From the NCBI GenBank assembly GCA_964401485.1, contig CAYNYL010000006.1, positions 4,208 to 68,207 of the forward strand: a stretch of DNA of 64,000 nucleotides. Reading direction: 5' to 3'. The position numbers and the translations under genes were made by a program. Shown here one piece after another: positions 27,352 to 36,602 of this stretch; positions within the stretch are counted from its first letter, which is position 1, and every line of letters starts with the position of its first letter. The notes beneath the pieces were generated by a model. That model saw only the letters and a program-made list of their open reading frames with translations. It did no database searches and had not been told where the DNA came from. This DNA comes from an uncultured Gammaproteobacteria bacterium (GTDB lineage: Bacteria > Patescibacteriota > Patescibacteriia > UBA9934).

Positions 27352-28932
27352 CTATTTGAGTGATGTGCGCTTCTTCATCATCGTTCGATCGACCATGATG
27401 TCGGAGCTCGCCTCGATATCCTCACCTTGTCCAAAACGGTTGAAGAAGGTTGGCTCAATATCGATTACGTAGTCAGCCCAGTCGTTACCGTACATCGCCT
27501 TCGCGATGTTTTCCGTAAGAATGTGGCGGAGGACTGGGGTAATCCCGTCTTGTCCTTCCGTAAGAGCATAGACGTAAGGAACTGATTGAATCTTTACGAG
27601 AACAACACCAGCCTTTGGAAGCATCGATCCTTCAAGTGGGAATTTCGCAAGATCCTCGTCATTCAAGGTAACGACGTGATCGAAGGTGGAGTGCCAGGTA
27701 AAGTAGGTCTTTGCATCAAGGAACACTCTTCGTCCAAAATCGTTCGTGATATAGTAGACCGCTGACGAATTTCGCGACTTAACAACGTCACCCGGTTCAA
27801 TTCCACTAACAGGCGACTCGCCAACAACCTCTTCCTCATCTGGCATATCTTCATCGGTAACGACCGTGAATGTAGCAGAATCTGTTGCGAGTGTTGATGC
27901 GAGATCCGTGAGGGACGCGGTGATAGTGATTGAGTCTGCACCAATTGTCGAAGGAACATTCCAGGTGAATTCACCATCGTTTTTGGTATTTGTCGCAATC
28001 ATCTTTGTTACACCGTTTTCCGTGTAGGAAAGGCTTACATATTGCGCAGAACCCATCGTCGTCCACTCAAGCTCAATCGGTTGACCTGGAAATACTTCCG
28101 GCGAAACTCCCGCGATCAAATCAATCGCGTTGATTGGAGCTGGCTGCGTATCAAGCGAGGCGGCTGAGCAGGAGCTAACAATGAAGCTATAATCCGCGTA
28201 TGTCACCAAACTTATAACGGATCCAGCGTCAGCGTCAATCGTTGATTCATCAAGTGCGATTGTGTAGGTCGTTCCGCAAAGCATTGGCGACGAAGAGGCA
28301 AGCGTAACCGTTGTATCACCCGTTCCGCTCCATGTTTCGGTGAAGGTTCCTGGATCAGGGGTAATCGTGAATTCGGTATCTTCAACAAAGGAGGCATCCA
28401 TCGGCTCCGAGAAGTTGAAAACAAGTGAGGCGAATTTTGACGCGCCGCTTGAACCACTAGCCGGAGAGGTGCTCGTAATAACTGGCGCCGCAGCATCGGT
28501 CGCAGCTTGCGAGGCCTTTGCTGACATCGCCCCTTCAGTAAGGGTAACCGAACCGGCCGTGCCCGCGTTTGCGTAAGAAATAACAGGATTCGTCGCTCCT
28601 CCAGTCACGTTTGCGGTTGTCGTAACGGTAATATCAAGGTATTGATCGCTACCCGTGCAGGTAAGGGCTGTAACTGCCGTTACACCAATCGATCCAGCCG
28701 TGTTCACCGTCCAATCACCCGCTTCATACGTACACGCAGTCACATTCTCATCTCCACCCATATCCCATCGAATCGTCTCGACGGTTCCGTTCGTATTGTT
28801 GTCGCGATACGTTGCCAAGTTAATATCGTCTGCCGCAAGCGACTGTCCAGCAAAAAGGAAGAGGCTTGCAAAAAGTGCGAACGATGAAACGATCGCTCCT
28901 TTTACTACATAGTTTGTCATAGGTTCACTCAT
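27352..28932 (-). CDS. Secreted Thr/Ser-rich Ig-like domain protein with C-terminal shared surface domain
   Basis: Signal peptide; Big_5-like APVITSTSP...VFNFSEPMD; C-terminus homologous to the S8 tail. Confidence 0.8.
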   Translation of the reverse strand: MSEPMTNYVVKGAIVSSFALFASLFLFAGQSLAADDINLATYRDNNTNGTVETIRWDMGGDENVTACTYEAGDWTVNTAGSIGVTAVTALTCTGSDQYLDITVTTTANVTGGATNPVISYANAGTAGSVTLTEGAMSAKASQAATDAAAPVITSTSPASGSSGASKFASLVFNFSEPMDASFVEDTEFTITPDPGTFTETWSGTGDTTVTLASSSPMLCGTTYTIALDESTIDADAGSVISLVTYADYSFIVSSCSAASLDTQPAPINAIDLIAGVSPEVFPGQPIELEWTTMGSAQYVSLSYTENGVTKMIATNTKNDGEFTWNVPSTIGADSITITASLTDLASTLATDSATFTVVTDEDMPDEEEVVGESPVSGIEPGDVVKSRNSSAVYYITNDFGRRVFLDAKTYFTWHSTFDHVVTLNDEDLAKFPLEGSMLPKAGVVLVKIQSVPYVYALTEGQDGITPVLRHILTENIAKAMYGNDWADYVIDIEPTFFNRFGQGEDIEASSDIMVDRTMMKKRTSLK

Positions 28933-28998
28933 AGAATTATGCGTTAATGATACTCTTAAGGCGCTATAAAATCGAGGCCACTTGTGGAAAACATCAAA

Positions 28999-29028
28999 CA
29001 AAAACCCCGCGTTTCCGCGGGGTTTTTG
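28999..29028 (-). terminator. Strong intrinsic terminator of the large surface protein gene
   Basis: CAAAAACCCCGCG-TTTC-CGCGGGGTTTTTG perfect stem. Confidence 0.88.
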
Positions 29029-29063
29029 CGCTCATGCGCTAGGCGATGAACTTGAGGCGTTCA

Positions 29064-32000
29064 TTAGAAGATGAACGAACCTCCGGTGACTGGAAGACCT
29101 TCTACGAGGTAAGCGCCCCAGTACGAATCATCGTCCGTGCTGTCGGCCCATACACTCGCCTCTCCATCATCTTGCCAGAGCAAGCTTCCTGGAATGCGGT
29201 ACATATCGTCGTCTGTATTGCTCAACGATGCGTACGCTACTGGCGTTGTACCAGCGTATCCACGAATTACCGTCAACGTGTTGCTCGAAATTCCGATAAC
29301 GAGCATGCGTTCACTTGACGAAGGCGAAGCTCCACCGTCTGCATCGGTTTCATCGTAAGCGATGATATCACCAACAGAGTAGGCAGATCCACTGTCAACA
29401 GCGATCGTTGTATCCGTGATAGCGATCGCGGATTCATTCGTCGAGTTAGCAATTTCGATCATTGAGCTTACGATATAGTCTCCAGGGATCGAAACCTGCA
29501 AGATATCATCTTGCGTGGTCGAAGCTCCTACTGCGTTCATGTAGAGCACGTAGGTTGCCGTCGTTCCCTTCGGTACAACGATTTGATCCGTGGCACCGAG
29601 GGTCAATGTTACGAATCCAGCGTCAGCCGCCGTTGTCGTACAATCTGCACCCGTCGTTGCTTGAAGTTCCCAATCGCTGTCTGAACCCTCGATTGGATCT
29701 GAGAGGTTCGAGCTCTTGTAGAGCGTGAAGTCCGTTGTATCAAGTACGGTACCAACAGCTGCGTCGGTGTCGCATTGATTCCAGTTGCTTCCAGCATTGT
29801 CAGACGTCGAGAGTTTGAAAACCAACTCTTGAAGAACAACGTCCTCGTTTGCTGCTGCCGCTACGTTGAATCGAAGCGCTTCCATTACTGCAGGAACAGC
29901 ATTTCCCGATGGGGTTGAAGCTGAAACTGAGAATGTTGGAGCCGTTTCCTTAACCGTGAAACGTGCAGCCGTCGAAACAGCTGTTCCGCTGTCATCGTTA
30001 AGTGATTCACCAGATGAAGCTCCGATAGCCTTGAAGTTGTCATCGCCCGATGTGTCCATGAAAAGACCCATTGAGACGTACTCGTTCGAGGTTGCAGATC
30101 CTCCAGCTGTTCGGTCGGTTACTGGTACGTTTACCAATACCTTTACCTTTGCAGCGTTTTCAATCGTTACTGGGATTGAAAGACCTGTGAACTTCGCTTC
30201 GTATCCGCTTGTGAATCCACCCGTTACCGGCACTGTTGCGCCGGCAGCATTGGTGTACTCAAGGGTTACCAAGTTGATGTTGTTCGTGTAGGTCGAAGCA
30301 TCTGTTCCGGTAAGCATTCCAGCCGCTTCTTCAGAAACCGTCAACGTTTGAAGAGTGAAGTCTTCTTTCGCTGCCGTGAATCGGAATGTTGAAACGTGGT
30401 TGCTTGACATTCCCGTCAAGAGGAAGTCTGGCGTTGGGGTTGATGAATCAATTCCCATTGCAAGAGTTCCAACAGAGTCAACGGTAAGAACCTTTGAGAC
30501 AGATGCAGGGGTTGTTGCACCTCCGATGTCTGCTCCGGTTGGGGTAACCGTTGTTCCGTCCTCATCTTGTGCGGTCATGTCTGAATCCGCATCAAGCGTG
30601 AATCCGAAGTATCCAGAGTTCGTGGTTGATGGGTTTGCAAGGTTACACTTGAGATCAAGTTGTACGCTCGCTCCCGCTGCCACCTTCCAGCTGAATCCAT
30701 CGTACACGAGGTTTGCACCTGAGTTCGAAGGAGAGACTGGTCCATCGATCAATGTATCACCAACGTAGATCGAGCATGAGCTGATGTAGTCAGTAACCGT
30801 AACATCCCAGTCAGCATCAGCATCACTACTGTCGTCATCCACAGAGTTTCCTGCCGTGAACGTTCCAGAAGAGGCATCGTTTGAGTAAACGTCGATCGTA
30901 AGATCTGAAACCGTAACCTGACCAGCCTCTGAAGCAACAACGTTGTACGAGTTAACGAGAACGTTGCTTGAGTTTTGCACCGTTACTGGGTTCACTGGCG
31001 TTGAAGCGAGAGAAACCGTAAGTGATGCTGACTTCGCTGTTTGCGCTTGTCCCGTGATATCGCTCGAAGGAACGATATTTGAGGTTGAAAGCGCATCTCC
31101 TCGTCCGTCTTGTACGGTAAGTCCAGAGATATCTACCGCTGCTCCGAATTCTGTTCCGGATGTAACATCGTTGTCGATGTCCGCAAGTACTTGAAGTGTC
31201 ATCGTTTCTCCGGCCGCCATTTCAAAGTCATCCGTGAAATCGATGATTTGCGCAGCGTCTTCGGCGTCAAGAGTATCTCCGGTGATATCCGCTTCGTTTG
31301 TGTCATCATCCGTCGTCACATCAAGCTCAAGAGGTCCCATAACAACCGTTCCGGTTGCCTTGTCGACAATCTTGATGTCTGTAATGTTCGCCGTATCCGA
31401 AGCACCGATGAGTCCGGTGTTGTCTCCGGTGCCTCCACCGTCTTCATCTCCATCGAATGGATCATTATCGTCGTCGTCACCGAAAACGATAACGTCGAGG
31501 TCCTGGATCGTGAGACGTTGTGTCGCGCTTACCGTGAACTCAAGAAGAACTTGGTCTTGGCTGTTTGTTCGGATGTCCGAAGCGGTTGGACCCACAAAAG
31601 CGAGGTTCAAATCTCCGCCTTGGATTGTCGAGAACGAACAGTCGCTTGACGAACTAGCACAAGTGCCATTCGTCTCAGCTCCGCTCGAATCTCCTCCATC
31701 GTATCCACCTCGGTTGATCGTCATTCCGAAACCGTAGTCTCCACCAACGATAAGGAAGTCCGTATCGTTTTCTGTGTAAACTTCGACTGTGTCCGCAGCT
31801 TCTCCACCGATGTCAGCTGAAACTTTCAAGGTCTTTCCTTGTCCTTCCGTGATGGAAAGTGGGGATGCGAGCTTGAATGAAACGAGCTTGTCTCCGATGT
31901 AGGTTCCTGTGGCAAGAAGGGTCGTATCATTCCAGAGCTTGTAGTCTGTGTGATCCGCACCATTGTCAACCTTCAAGGTGACTTCTTGTACCGAAGCGTC

Positions 32001-33275
32001 TTCGGATGATGGGGTGAGTCGGAATTGTCCGATAACCGCATCATTTTGTCCGATCGTTGGGTTCGTCATTGTACCGTTTTTCGCGATAGTGACTGATCCA
32101 ACCGTAACGGTTCCGATTGTGTGGGTGTTTCCAGAAACTGGGAACGATCCACCAACCGATCCTCCGTTCGCGTCAACATCTGATGCTGAAGCGAGCGAGA
32201 ATTGTACTTGAGCTCCAACCGTTGAGCCCGAAGCAACCTCTGCACGAAGCGTAAGCGTTCGTGTTTCATTTGCCGCAAGGTCAAGGTCAAGGCTTCCGAA
32301 TGTTACCTTTCGTGTTGAAGCGTTTACTGAACGAGCTTCGGTCAATCGCATTTCTCCCTCGTAGAGGTAGACGTTTGAAAGATTTGAAGTTAATCCAAGC
32401 GCTCCCATGGTAAGTGTCAATTGATTGACTGTTGCCGCTTCTGAACCAGCCTTTACGTTGAAGCTGAAGAGCTTAACGCCGTTCGCCGACTTTGGAAGAG
32501 TCGAAGAAGCTGGGTTTGAAGATGCAGCCATAACCGTTACTGCTCCGGTTGAGGATGTTTCGTCGCAACCTGTTTGTGAGGCGTCAACGAGTCCGCAATC
32601 ACGTGCTGTAATATCTGAACCGGATGCAAGAGCTGAATCATCGATGTTCGCTCCATCAAGGAACCAACCATCGTTCATGTAGTTTGCAGTTCGGCCAGCG
32701 CTTGAAACCATGCGCTTTTCACCATCCCATGAGAGATAGTAGCTTCCTCCGTCCATGTACATCGCACCATCGAACGCCGTAGCGGTCATGAGCGAAGCAC
32801 CGACTGAGTAATCTTCGAAGAAGACGTCTGGAACATCGTCAATGTTTGTGTTCCAGTTGCTTCCCGCGAAATCTGTTGCAACGGTTTCTGTTTCAATCCA
32901 GTGGATGTTTCCATCGGTTGAAACAGCATAGGTCTTAGGAGCCGATTGGATTTTGATCCATCGTGATCCTGGGCGATAAACGACGTTTCCTCCGAGCGGG
33001 ATAGCCGCGAGAGATGAGTCGGAAATCGTTTGTACTCCGCTGAAGGTTGTTCTCCAGGTCTTGTACGTTTTTTCATTTGGGAAGATGTAGCGCTCGCCGT
33101 CGTATCCGTAGAAGTAGACGGTTGAAAGCGATGTTCCGCGGATCAAGTCTCCTGCCGCTGCAGCGCTCGCGTCTTGAGGCAAGCTCAATCCGGCAAGGCC
33201 GAGAGAAAGGATCGTTGCTCCAGCGACGATCGCTGTAAGAACGCGCTTCCCAACTGATGTTAGGGAGTTATCCAT
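29064..33275 (-). CDS. Large (~1400 aa) secreted acidic beta-sandwich repeat protein, S-layer candidate
   Basis: Signal peptide (ASA/AAA), T/S/D/G/A-rich, recurring Ig-like modules, N-terminal shared domain, C-terminal aromatic residue. Confidence 0.75.
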   Translation of the reverse strand: MDNSLTSVGKRVLTAIVAGATILSLGLAGLSLPQDASAAAAGDLIRGTSLSTVYFYGYDGERYIFPNEKTYKTWRTTFSGVQTISDSSLAAIPLGGNVVYRPGSRWIKIQSAPKTYAVSTDGNIHWIETETVATDFAGSNWNTNIDDVPDVFFEDYSVGASLMTATAFDGAMYMDGGSYYLSWDGEKRMVSSAGRTANYMNDGWFLDGANIDDSALASGSDITARDCGLVDASQTGCDETSSTGAVTVMAASSNPASSTLPKSANGVKLFSFNVKAGSEAATVNQLTLTMGALGLTSNLSNVYLYEGEMRLTEARSVNASTRKVTFGSLDLDLAANETRTLTLRAEVASGSTVGAQVQFSLASASDVDANGGSVGGSFPVSGNTHTIGTVTVGSVTIAKNGTMTNPTIGQNDAVIGQFRLTPSSEDASVQEVTLKVDNGADHTDYKLWNDTTLLATGTYIGDKLVSFKLASPLSITEGQGKTLKVSADIGGEAADTVEVYTENDTDFLIVGGDYGFGMTINRGGYDGGDSSGAETNGTCASSSSDCSFSTIQGGDLNLAFVGPTASDIRTNSQDQVLLEFTVSATQRLTIQDLDVIVFGDDDDNDPFDGDEDGGGTGDNTGLIGASDTANITDIKIVDKATGTVVMGPLELDVTTDDDTNEADITGDTLDAEDAAQIIDFTDDFEMAAGETMTLQVLADIDNDVTSGTEFGAAVDISGLTVQDGRGDALSTSNIVPSSDITGQAQTAKSASLTVSLASTPVNPVTVQNSSNVLVNSYNVVASEAGQVTVSDLTIDVYSNDASSGTFTAGNSVDDDSSDADADWDVTVTDYISSCSIYVGDTLIDGPVSPSNSGANLVYDGFSWKVAAGASVQLDLKCNLANPSTTNSGYFGFTLDADSDMTAQDEDGTTVTPTGADIGGATTPASVSKVLTVDSVGTLAMGIDSSTPTPDFLLTGMSSNHVSTFRFTAAKEDFTLQTLTVSEEAAGMLTGTDASTYTNNINLVTLEYTNAAGATVPVTGGFTSGYEAKFTGLSIPVTIENAAKVKVLVNVPVTDRTAGGSATSNEYVSMGLFMDTSGDDNFKAIGASSGESLNDDSGTAVSTAARFTVKETAPTFSVSASTPSGNAVPAVMEALRFNVAAAANEDVVLQELVFKLSTSDNAGSNWNQCDTDAAVGTVLDTTDFTLYKSSNLSDPIEGSDSDWELQATTGADCTTTAADAGFVTLTLGATDQIVVPKGTTATYVLYMNAVGASTTQDDILQVSIPGDYIVSSMIEIANSTNESAIAITDTTIAVDSGSAYSVGDIIAYDETDADGGASPSSSERMLVIGISSNTLTVIRGYAGTTPVAYASLSNTDDDMYRIPGSLLWQDDGEASVWADSTDDDSYWGAYLVEGLPVTGGSFIF

Positions 33276-33358
33276 AAGTTTATAGTGTCCTTTTTTCAAT
33301 CAAGAATGAAAGAGTAAACGGCCTGACGGCCTCGACCTTTGAAGTTTACCCGGTAATT

Positions 33359-33383
33359 AACATGGGGGACGCGAACGCGTTCC
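33359..33383 (-). promoter_or_regulatory. Possible ECF-type promoter of the large surface protein gene
   Basis: GGAAC-N17-GTT on the minus strand, just upstream of a GGGTAAAC/GTTTACTC leader stem. Confidence 0.35.
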
Positions 33384-33420
33384 CTTGCAGGGGCACACTT
33401 TGCCCGCGCAAGGAAACACG

Positions 33421-34467
33421 TTACTCCACCACGGTCTCTGCATCTTCGGTCTCCGGTTCTTCCTGCGAGCTATTGGCGAAGATGATAGCATCTTCCGCCT
33501 CTGCAAGGAGAGCCTCGATTGTGAGTAAGTGCCCTTCCGCTGTCGCGAGGAGATCGAAGGCGGTTCGATAACTTGCCGTTGCGGCAAAGTCCATTGAGTC
33601 AAAGAGCGCAGTGGAAACAGAATTTACGTTGTATTCAAGTTCTCCGAGTTGCTCTTGCGTGACCGCTGGATTTTTCCCGGCAAGTGCGCGAATTCGATCG
33701 ATACGCGCGAGGTCAAATGTTTGGCGCTCCTTGATCGAAGTGAACCGGTTTTGGTAGGCCCGCTTTGCATTCTCCGTCGTCGTCACGTTTTCCTTGAGTT
33801 CTTCGTGCGCTTCGACAATGACCGCAACCGCCGTGTTTGAGGCGGACTCGGTCGCCGTCATCGCCTCCTTTCCTTCTGCCGTACCAACATTCACCTGGAT
33901 CTCCGACGAGAATGACTTCAGCTTCTCATCGACAGCGCTCGCGATCGTCGAGGCCTCACTCGTCTTTTCACTTCGCAGAATTTCGAGATCCGCCTGCGCC
34001 TGCGCGATCTGTGTCGAGAAACCTTTCATTGCGGTCTGTACCTTCGCTTTCGCCTCGTCGCTCTCCCCCGCTACCGCCGTCGCCTCGTCGAGTCGCCGTT
34101 TTGCGAACTCAGTATGAAGGATCGCCTTTTTCTCCCTCGAAGCAAGCCGGAGTTGCGCCCGCTCGGTTGCGAGCTTAACGCTATATAAGGAATCGCCCGG
34201 GAGCGAGCTCGACGCCCGAACCGTCGTTAAAGATCCTCCGAAGGCAATGACAAAAAACGCCACGACAACCGTTACCGGCATCGAGACAAATCCACGGAAA
34301 TAGAAACCCACCGTCGCAAAAACCGTTTCAAATTTAGAAACTTCTTTCTCTTCCCCGCCAATCGCCGAGAGGAGCATCGCTCGCGCTCGCGCCTTCTCAA
34401 CCAAAGAAACCGCTCCGAACTTCGGATCATCGCGACGGCTCTTCAATTGGTGAAGAAGGTCATTCAT
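33421..34467 (-). CDS. DUF5667-domain membrane protein, probable anti-sigma factor
   Basis: One TM, then SLPGDSLYSVKLATE...FAKRRLDEA; coupled to the sigma gene by TAATATG. Confidence 0.8.
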   Translation of the reverse strand: MNDLLHQLKSRRDDPKFGAVSLVEKARARAMLLSAIGGEEKEVSKFETVFATVGFYFRGFVSMPVTVVVAFFVIAFGGSLTTVRASSSLPGDSLYSVKLATERAQLRLASREKKAILHTEFAKRRLDEATAVAGESDEAKAKVQTAMKGFSTQIAQAQADLEILRSEKTSEASTIASAVDEKLKSFSSEIQVNVGTAEGKEAMTATESASNTAVAVIVEAHEELKENVTTTENAKRAYQNRFTSIKERQTFDLARIDRIRALAGKNPAVTQEQLGELEYNVNSVSTALFDSMDFAATASYRTAFDLLATAEGHLLTIEALLAEAEDAIIFANSSQEEPETEDAETVVE

Positions 34468-34468
34468 A

Positions 34469-34999
34469 TTAGACAGACTCTTTCAGCGCTTTTTTCGCGC
34501 GTGAGAGGAGAACCCTGACATTATTTGATGTTTTTTCTAGTGCCCCCGCGATTTCCTTAATCGACATCTGATCAAGGAACCGCATCACGAGAACTTCTCT
34601 ATACTCTTCTTTCAATTTTTTCATGGCCCGCAGGAGCTCATCGCTCTCTTCGTGGATCATGACCTGCTCGACAAGGACGTCGGCACCCGAAAGCATTTCA
34701 GCCGATTCGAGCCCATCCTCACGTCTCTTACTTTGTGCCCGATAGAAATCGGCAATCAAGTTCCTCGCGATCTTATAGAAGAGCGCACCAGCGTTCTCTA
34801 CCTGACTCGACGTCGTGAACTCCCAGCCGCGAAGAAAGACTTCGCTTGTGAGTTCGTCGACATCTTCTTTTTTCGCGAGCTTGAAAAGAAGGAAGCGTCG
34901 AATGCGCTCGTAGAACAAGTCGTACAGTTCCGCATATGCTTTCGCATCTTGGAAGCGGTACACACGAAAAAGAAGAAATCGTTGACGGCGCATTGACAT
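34469..34999 (-). CDS. ECF sigma-70 factor
   Basis: Region 2 (DELTSEVFLRGW, LFYKIARNLIADFYR) and region 4 (MSIKEIA...NVRVLLSRAKKAL). Confidence 0.93.
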   Translation of the reverse strand: MSMRRQRFLLFRVYRFQDAKAYAELYDLFYERIRRFLLFKLAKKEDVDELTSEVFLRGWEFTTSSQVENAGALFYKIARNLIADFYRAQSKRREDGLESAEMLSGADVLVEQVMIHEESDELLRAMKKLKEEYREVLVMRFLDQMSIKEIAGALEKTSNNVRVLLSRAKKALKESV

Positions 35000-35006
35000 G
35001 TAATAA

Positions 35007-35032
35007 GACGGAGAAATTCTAGAATCATTACA
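35007..35032 (-). promoter_or_regulatory. Candidate autoregulatory ECF promoter, leaderless
   Basis: TGTAAT-N16-CGTC, with ATG 34999 seven nt downstream. Confidence 0.6.
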
Positions 35033-35088
35033 GCGACCCCTTAATGGCTCCAGTTATCCACAGTTCGCATAAACTGACAAGACTAGCT

Positions 35089-35128
35089 TTGACATTTTTC
35101 TCTCTTATGTCTACGCTAGAGTAGACAT
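35089..35128 (+). promoter_or_regulatory. Sigma70 promoter with palindromic operator
   Basis: TTGACA-N17-TACGCT overlapped by ATGTCTAC-N6-GTAGACAT (35107-35128), abutting ATG 35129. Confidence 0.7.
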
Positions 35129-35413
35129 ATGGAACAAACACAACCGATCCGTCTCTCCGTTTCGGAAGCCTCGCGCCTCTTTGGCGTCAGTTCTCGCACG
35201 ATCCGTCGTGCAATCGCAAATAATGAAATTGCGTACATCGTTGTGCACGGCCGTTACAAGATCCAATTCGAATCTCTCTTAAAATGGTCCCAAAGTAGTA
35301 CCACGGTTCGCAACAAACGCGACAAAAGCGGGATCGGCCAGTTTGTCGATCGCTGGAGGATTAAAAATAAGCTCTTCTCGCCAAACGCTCCGATAATCGA
35401 AGAAGAGGAATAA
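35129..35413 (+). CDS. Excisionase/BldC-like (MerR-type HTH) small DNA-binding protein
   Basis: LSVSEASRLFGVSSRTIRRAI...GRYKI. Confidence 0.85.
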   Translation: MEQTQPIRLSVSEASRLFGVSSRTIRRAIANNEIAYIVVHGRYKIQFESLLKWSQSSTTVRNKRDKSGIGQFVDRWRIKNKLFSPNAPIIEEEE

Positions 35414-35414
35414 T

Positions 35415-36602
35415 ATGGACGCTCAACTTTTCGAAGCGTACAAAGCGCTTCGCGTCCCGTCGGTAGCAAAATCCGTCAGACAAGATTACAAAACGCTGAA
35501 TGAAAAAAAGGGTACGTTTCTTAAAACGCGAGAAATCCCGACGTTTACTTACGAGAAAGCGGGACGCGTGTCCGTTCAAAATTATCTAAAACGCCTCGAA
35601 CGCTTTAAACGACTCCTTGCAAATTCAACCCTTAATCCGATCGTACGAGAACTCTATGAGGAAAAAGTACGAGAACTCGAGATCAAGGGCCAACTTATTA
35701 TCGCCGTACAACAAGAGGACGACGCAAAGGTAAGTACTCTCTCTGGCGAACTACATTCCTTCCCAAAAACAAGCCTAGAAACGGTCAACGCCGAGCTCGA
35801 AGAACGGCTCCGATTTGCTGAAACCTTTCATCTTCATCGTAACCCGATAGACGCTGACCAATTTTCGAAAATGGTCGAAGTGCTTCTTGCGCGTTACGAC
35901 ATCGCCGACACAAAGATCGCCCGTACCGTCCGAAAAACAATTCGAATCTCACACACTTCAACCGACAAACAAACAATCTACATCCCGCATAAACTTAAAC
36001 TCTCAAGATCCCGCGCCCGACGCGTTCTTACACATGAAATCGAGGGTCATCTCCTTCGACGCGCGAATGCCTATACCCAACCGCTCCACCTCCTTCGAGT
36101 AGGACTTTCGGGCTATATGGCAACTGAGGAAGGAATCGCGACCTATCTCCAAAAAAAGGCCGACACACACGAGAAGCGATTCGACCCTGGATTTTGGGAT
36201 CTCTTTGCGACAGTGCTAACAAAGACAAATGATTTCAACGGCGTATTTGATGCGCTTTATTCCGCGAAACTTCGACTTCTTGAAAAGCAAGGCGTTGAAG
36301 ATGCAAAAACACACGCGGAAGATTCGGCGTGGACGCTTTGCCTTCGCGCCTACCGCGGAATTCGACACCCAAATACTCCAGGCCTCGGTTACTATCGTGA
36401 CCACCTCTACCGAGAAGGATTTTCAGAGGTACGAGAGGCAATTACGCAAAACCCTAGGATTCTTTCCGAACTCTTTATCGGAAAGGTCTCACTTCGTCAT
36501 CTTCCAAAACTAAAAGAACTCAGGCTTTCTAATTCCCGAGTTCCAAAACTGCTTGCCGGCGAGGTCGTGAAACTTATTCGTGAGCGAGAACGCCGTGCTT
36601 AA
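35415..36602 (+). CDS. DUF1704/MATCAP-like zinc metallopeptidase
   Basis: THEIEGH (HExxxH), TEEGIA, RAYRG, RDHLYREG, LFIGKV. Confidence 0.8.
   Translation: MDAQLFEAYKALRVPSVAKSVRQDYKTLNEKKGTFLKTREIPTFTYEKAGRVSVQNYLKRLERFKRLLANSTLNPIVRELYEEKVRELEIKGQLIIAVQQEDDAKVSTLSGELHSFPKTSLETVNAELEERLRFAETFHLHRNPIDADQFSKMVEVLLARYDIADTKIARTVRKTIRISHTSTDKQTIYIPHKLKLSRSRARRVLTHEIEGHLLRRANAYTQPLHLLRVGLSGYMATEEGIATYLQKKADTHEKRFDPGFWDLFATVLTKTNDFNGVFDALYSAKLRLLEKQGVEDAKTHAEDSAWTLCLRAYRGIRHPNTPGLGYYRDHLYREGFSEVREAITQNPRILSELFIGKVSLRHLPKLKELRLSNSRVPKLLAGEVVKLIRERERRA

Noticed and set aside
29866-32682. Several S/P/V-rich + strand ORFs
   Set aside because: Antisense shadows of the codon-biased surface protein gene.
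35129-35413. Excisionase as evidence of a prophage or ICE
   Set aside because: No integrase, att-like repeats or phage genes nearby; it looks like a resident regulator.
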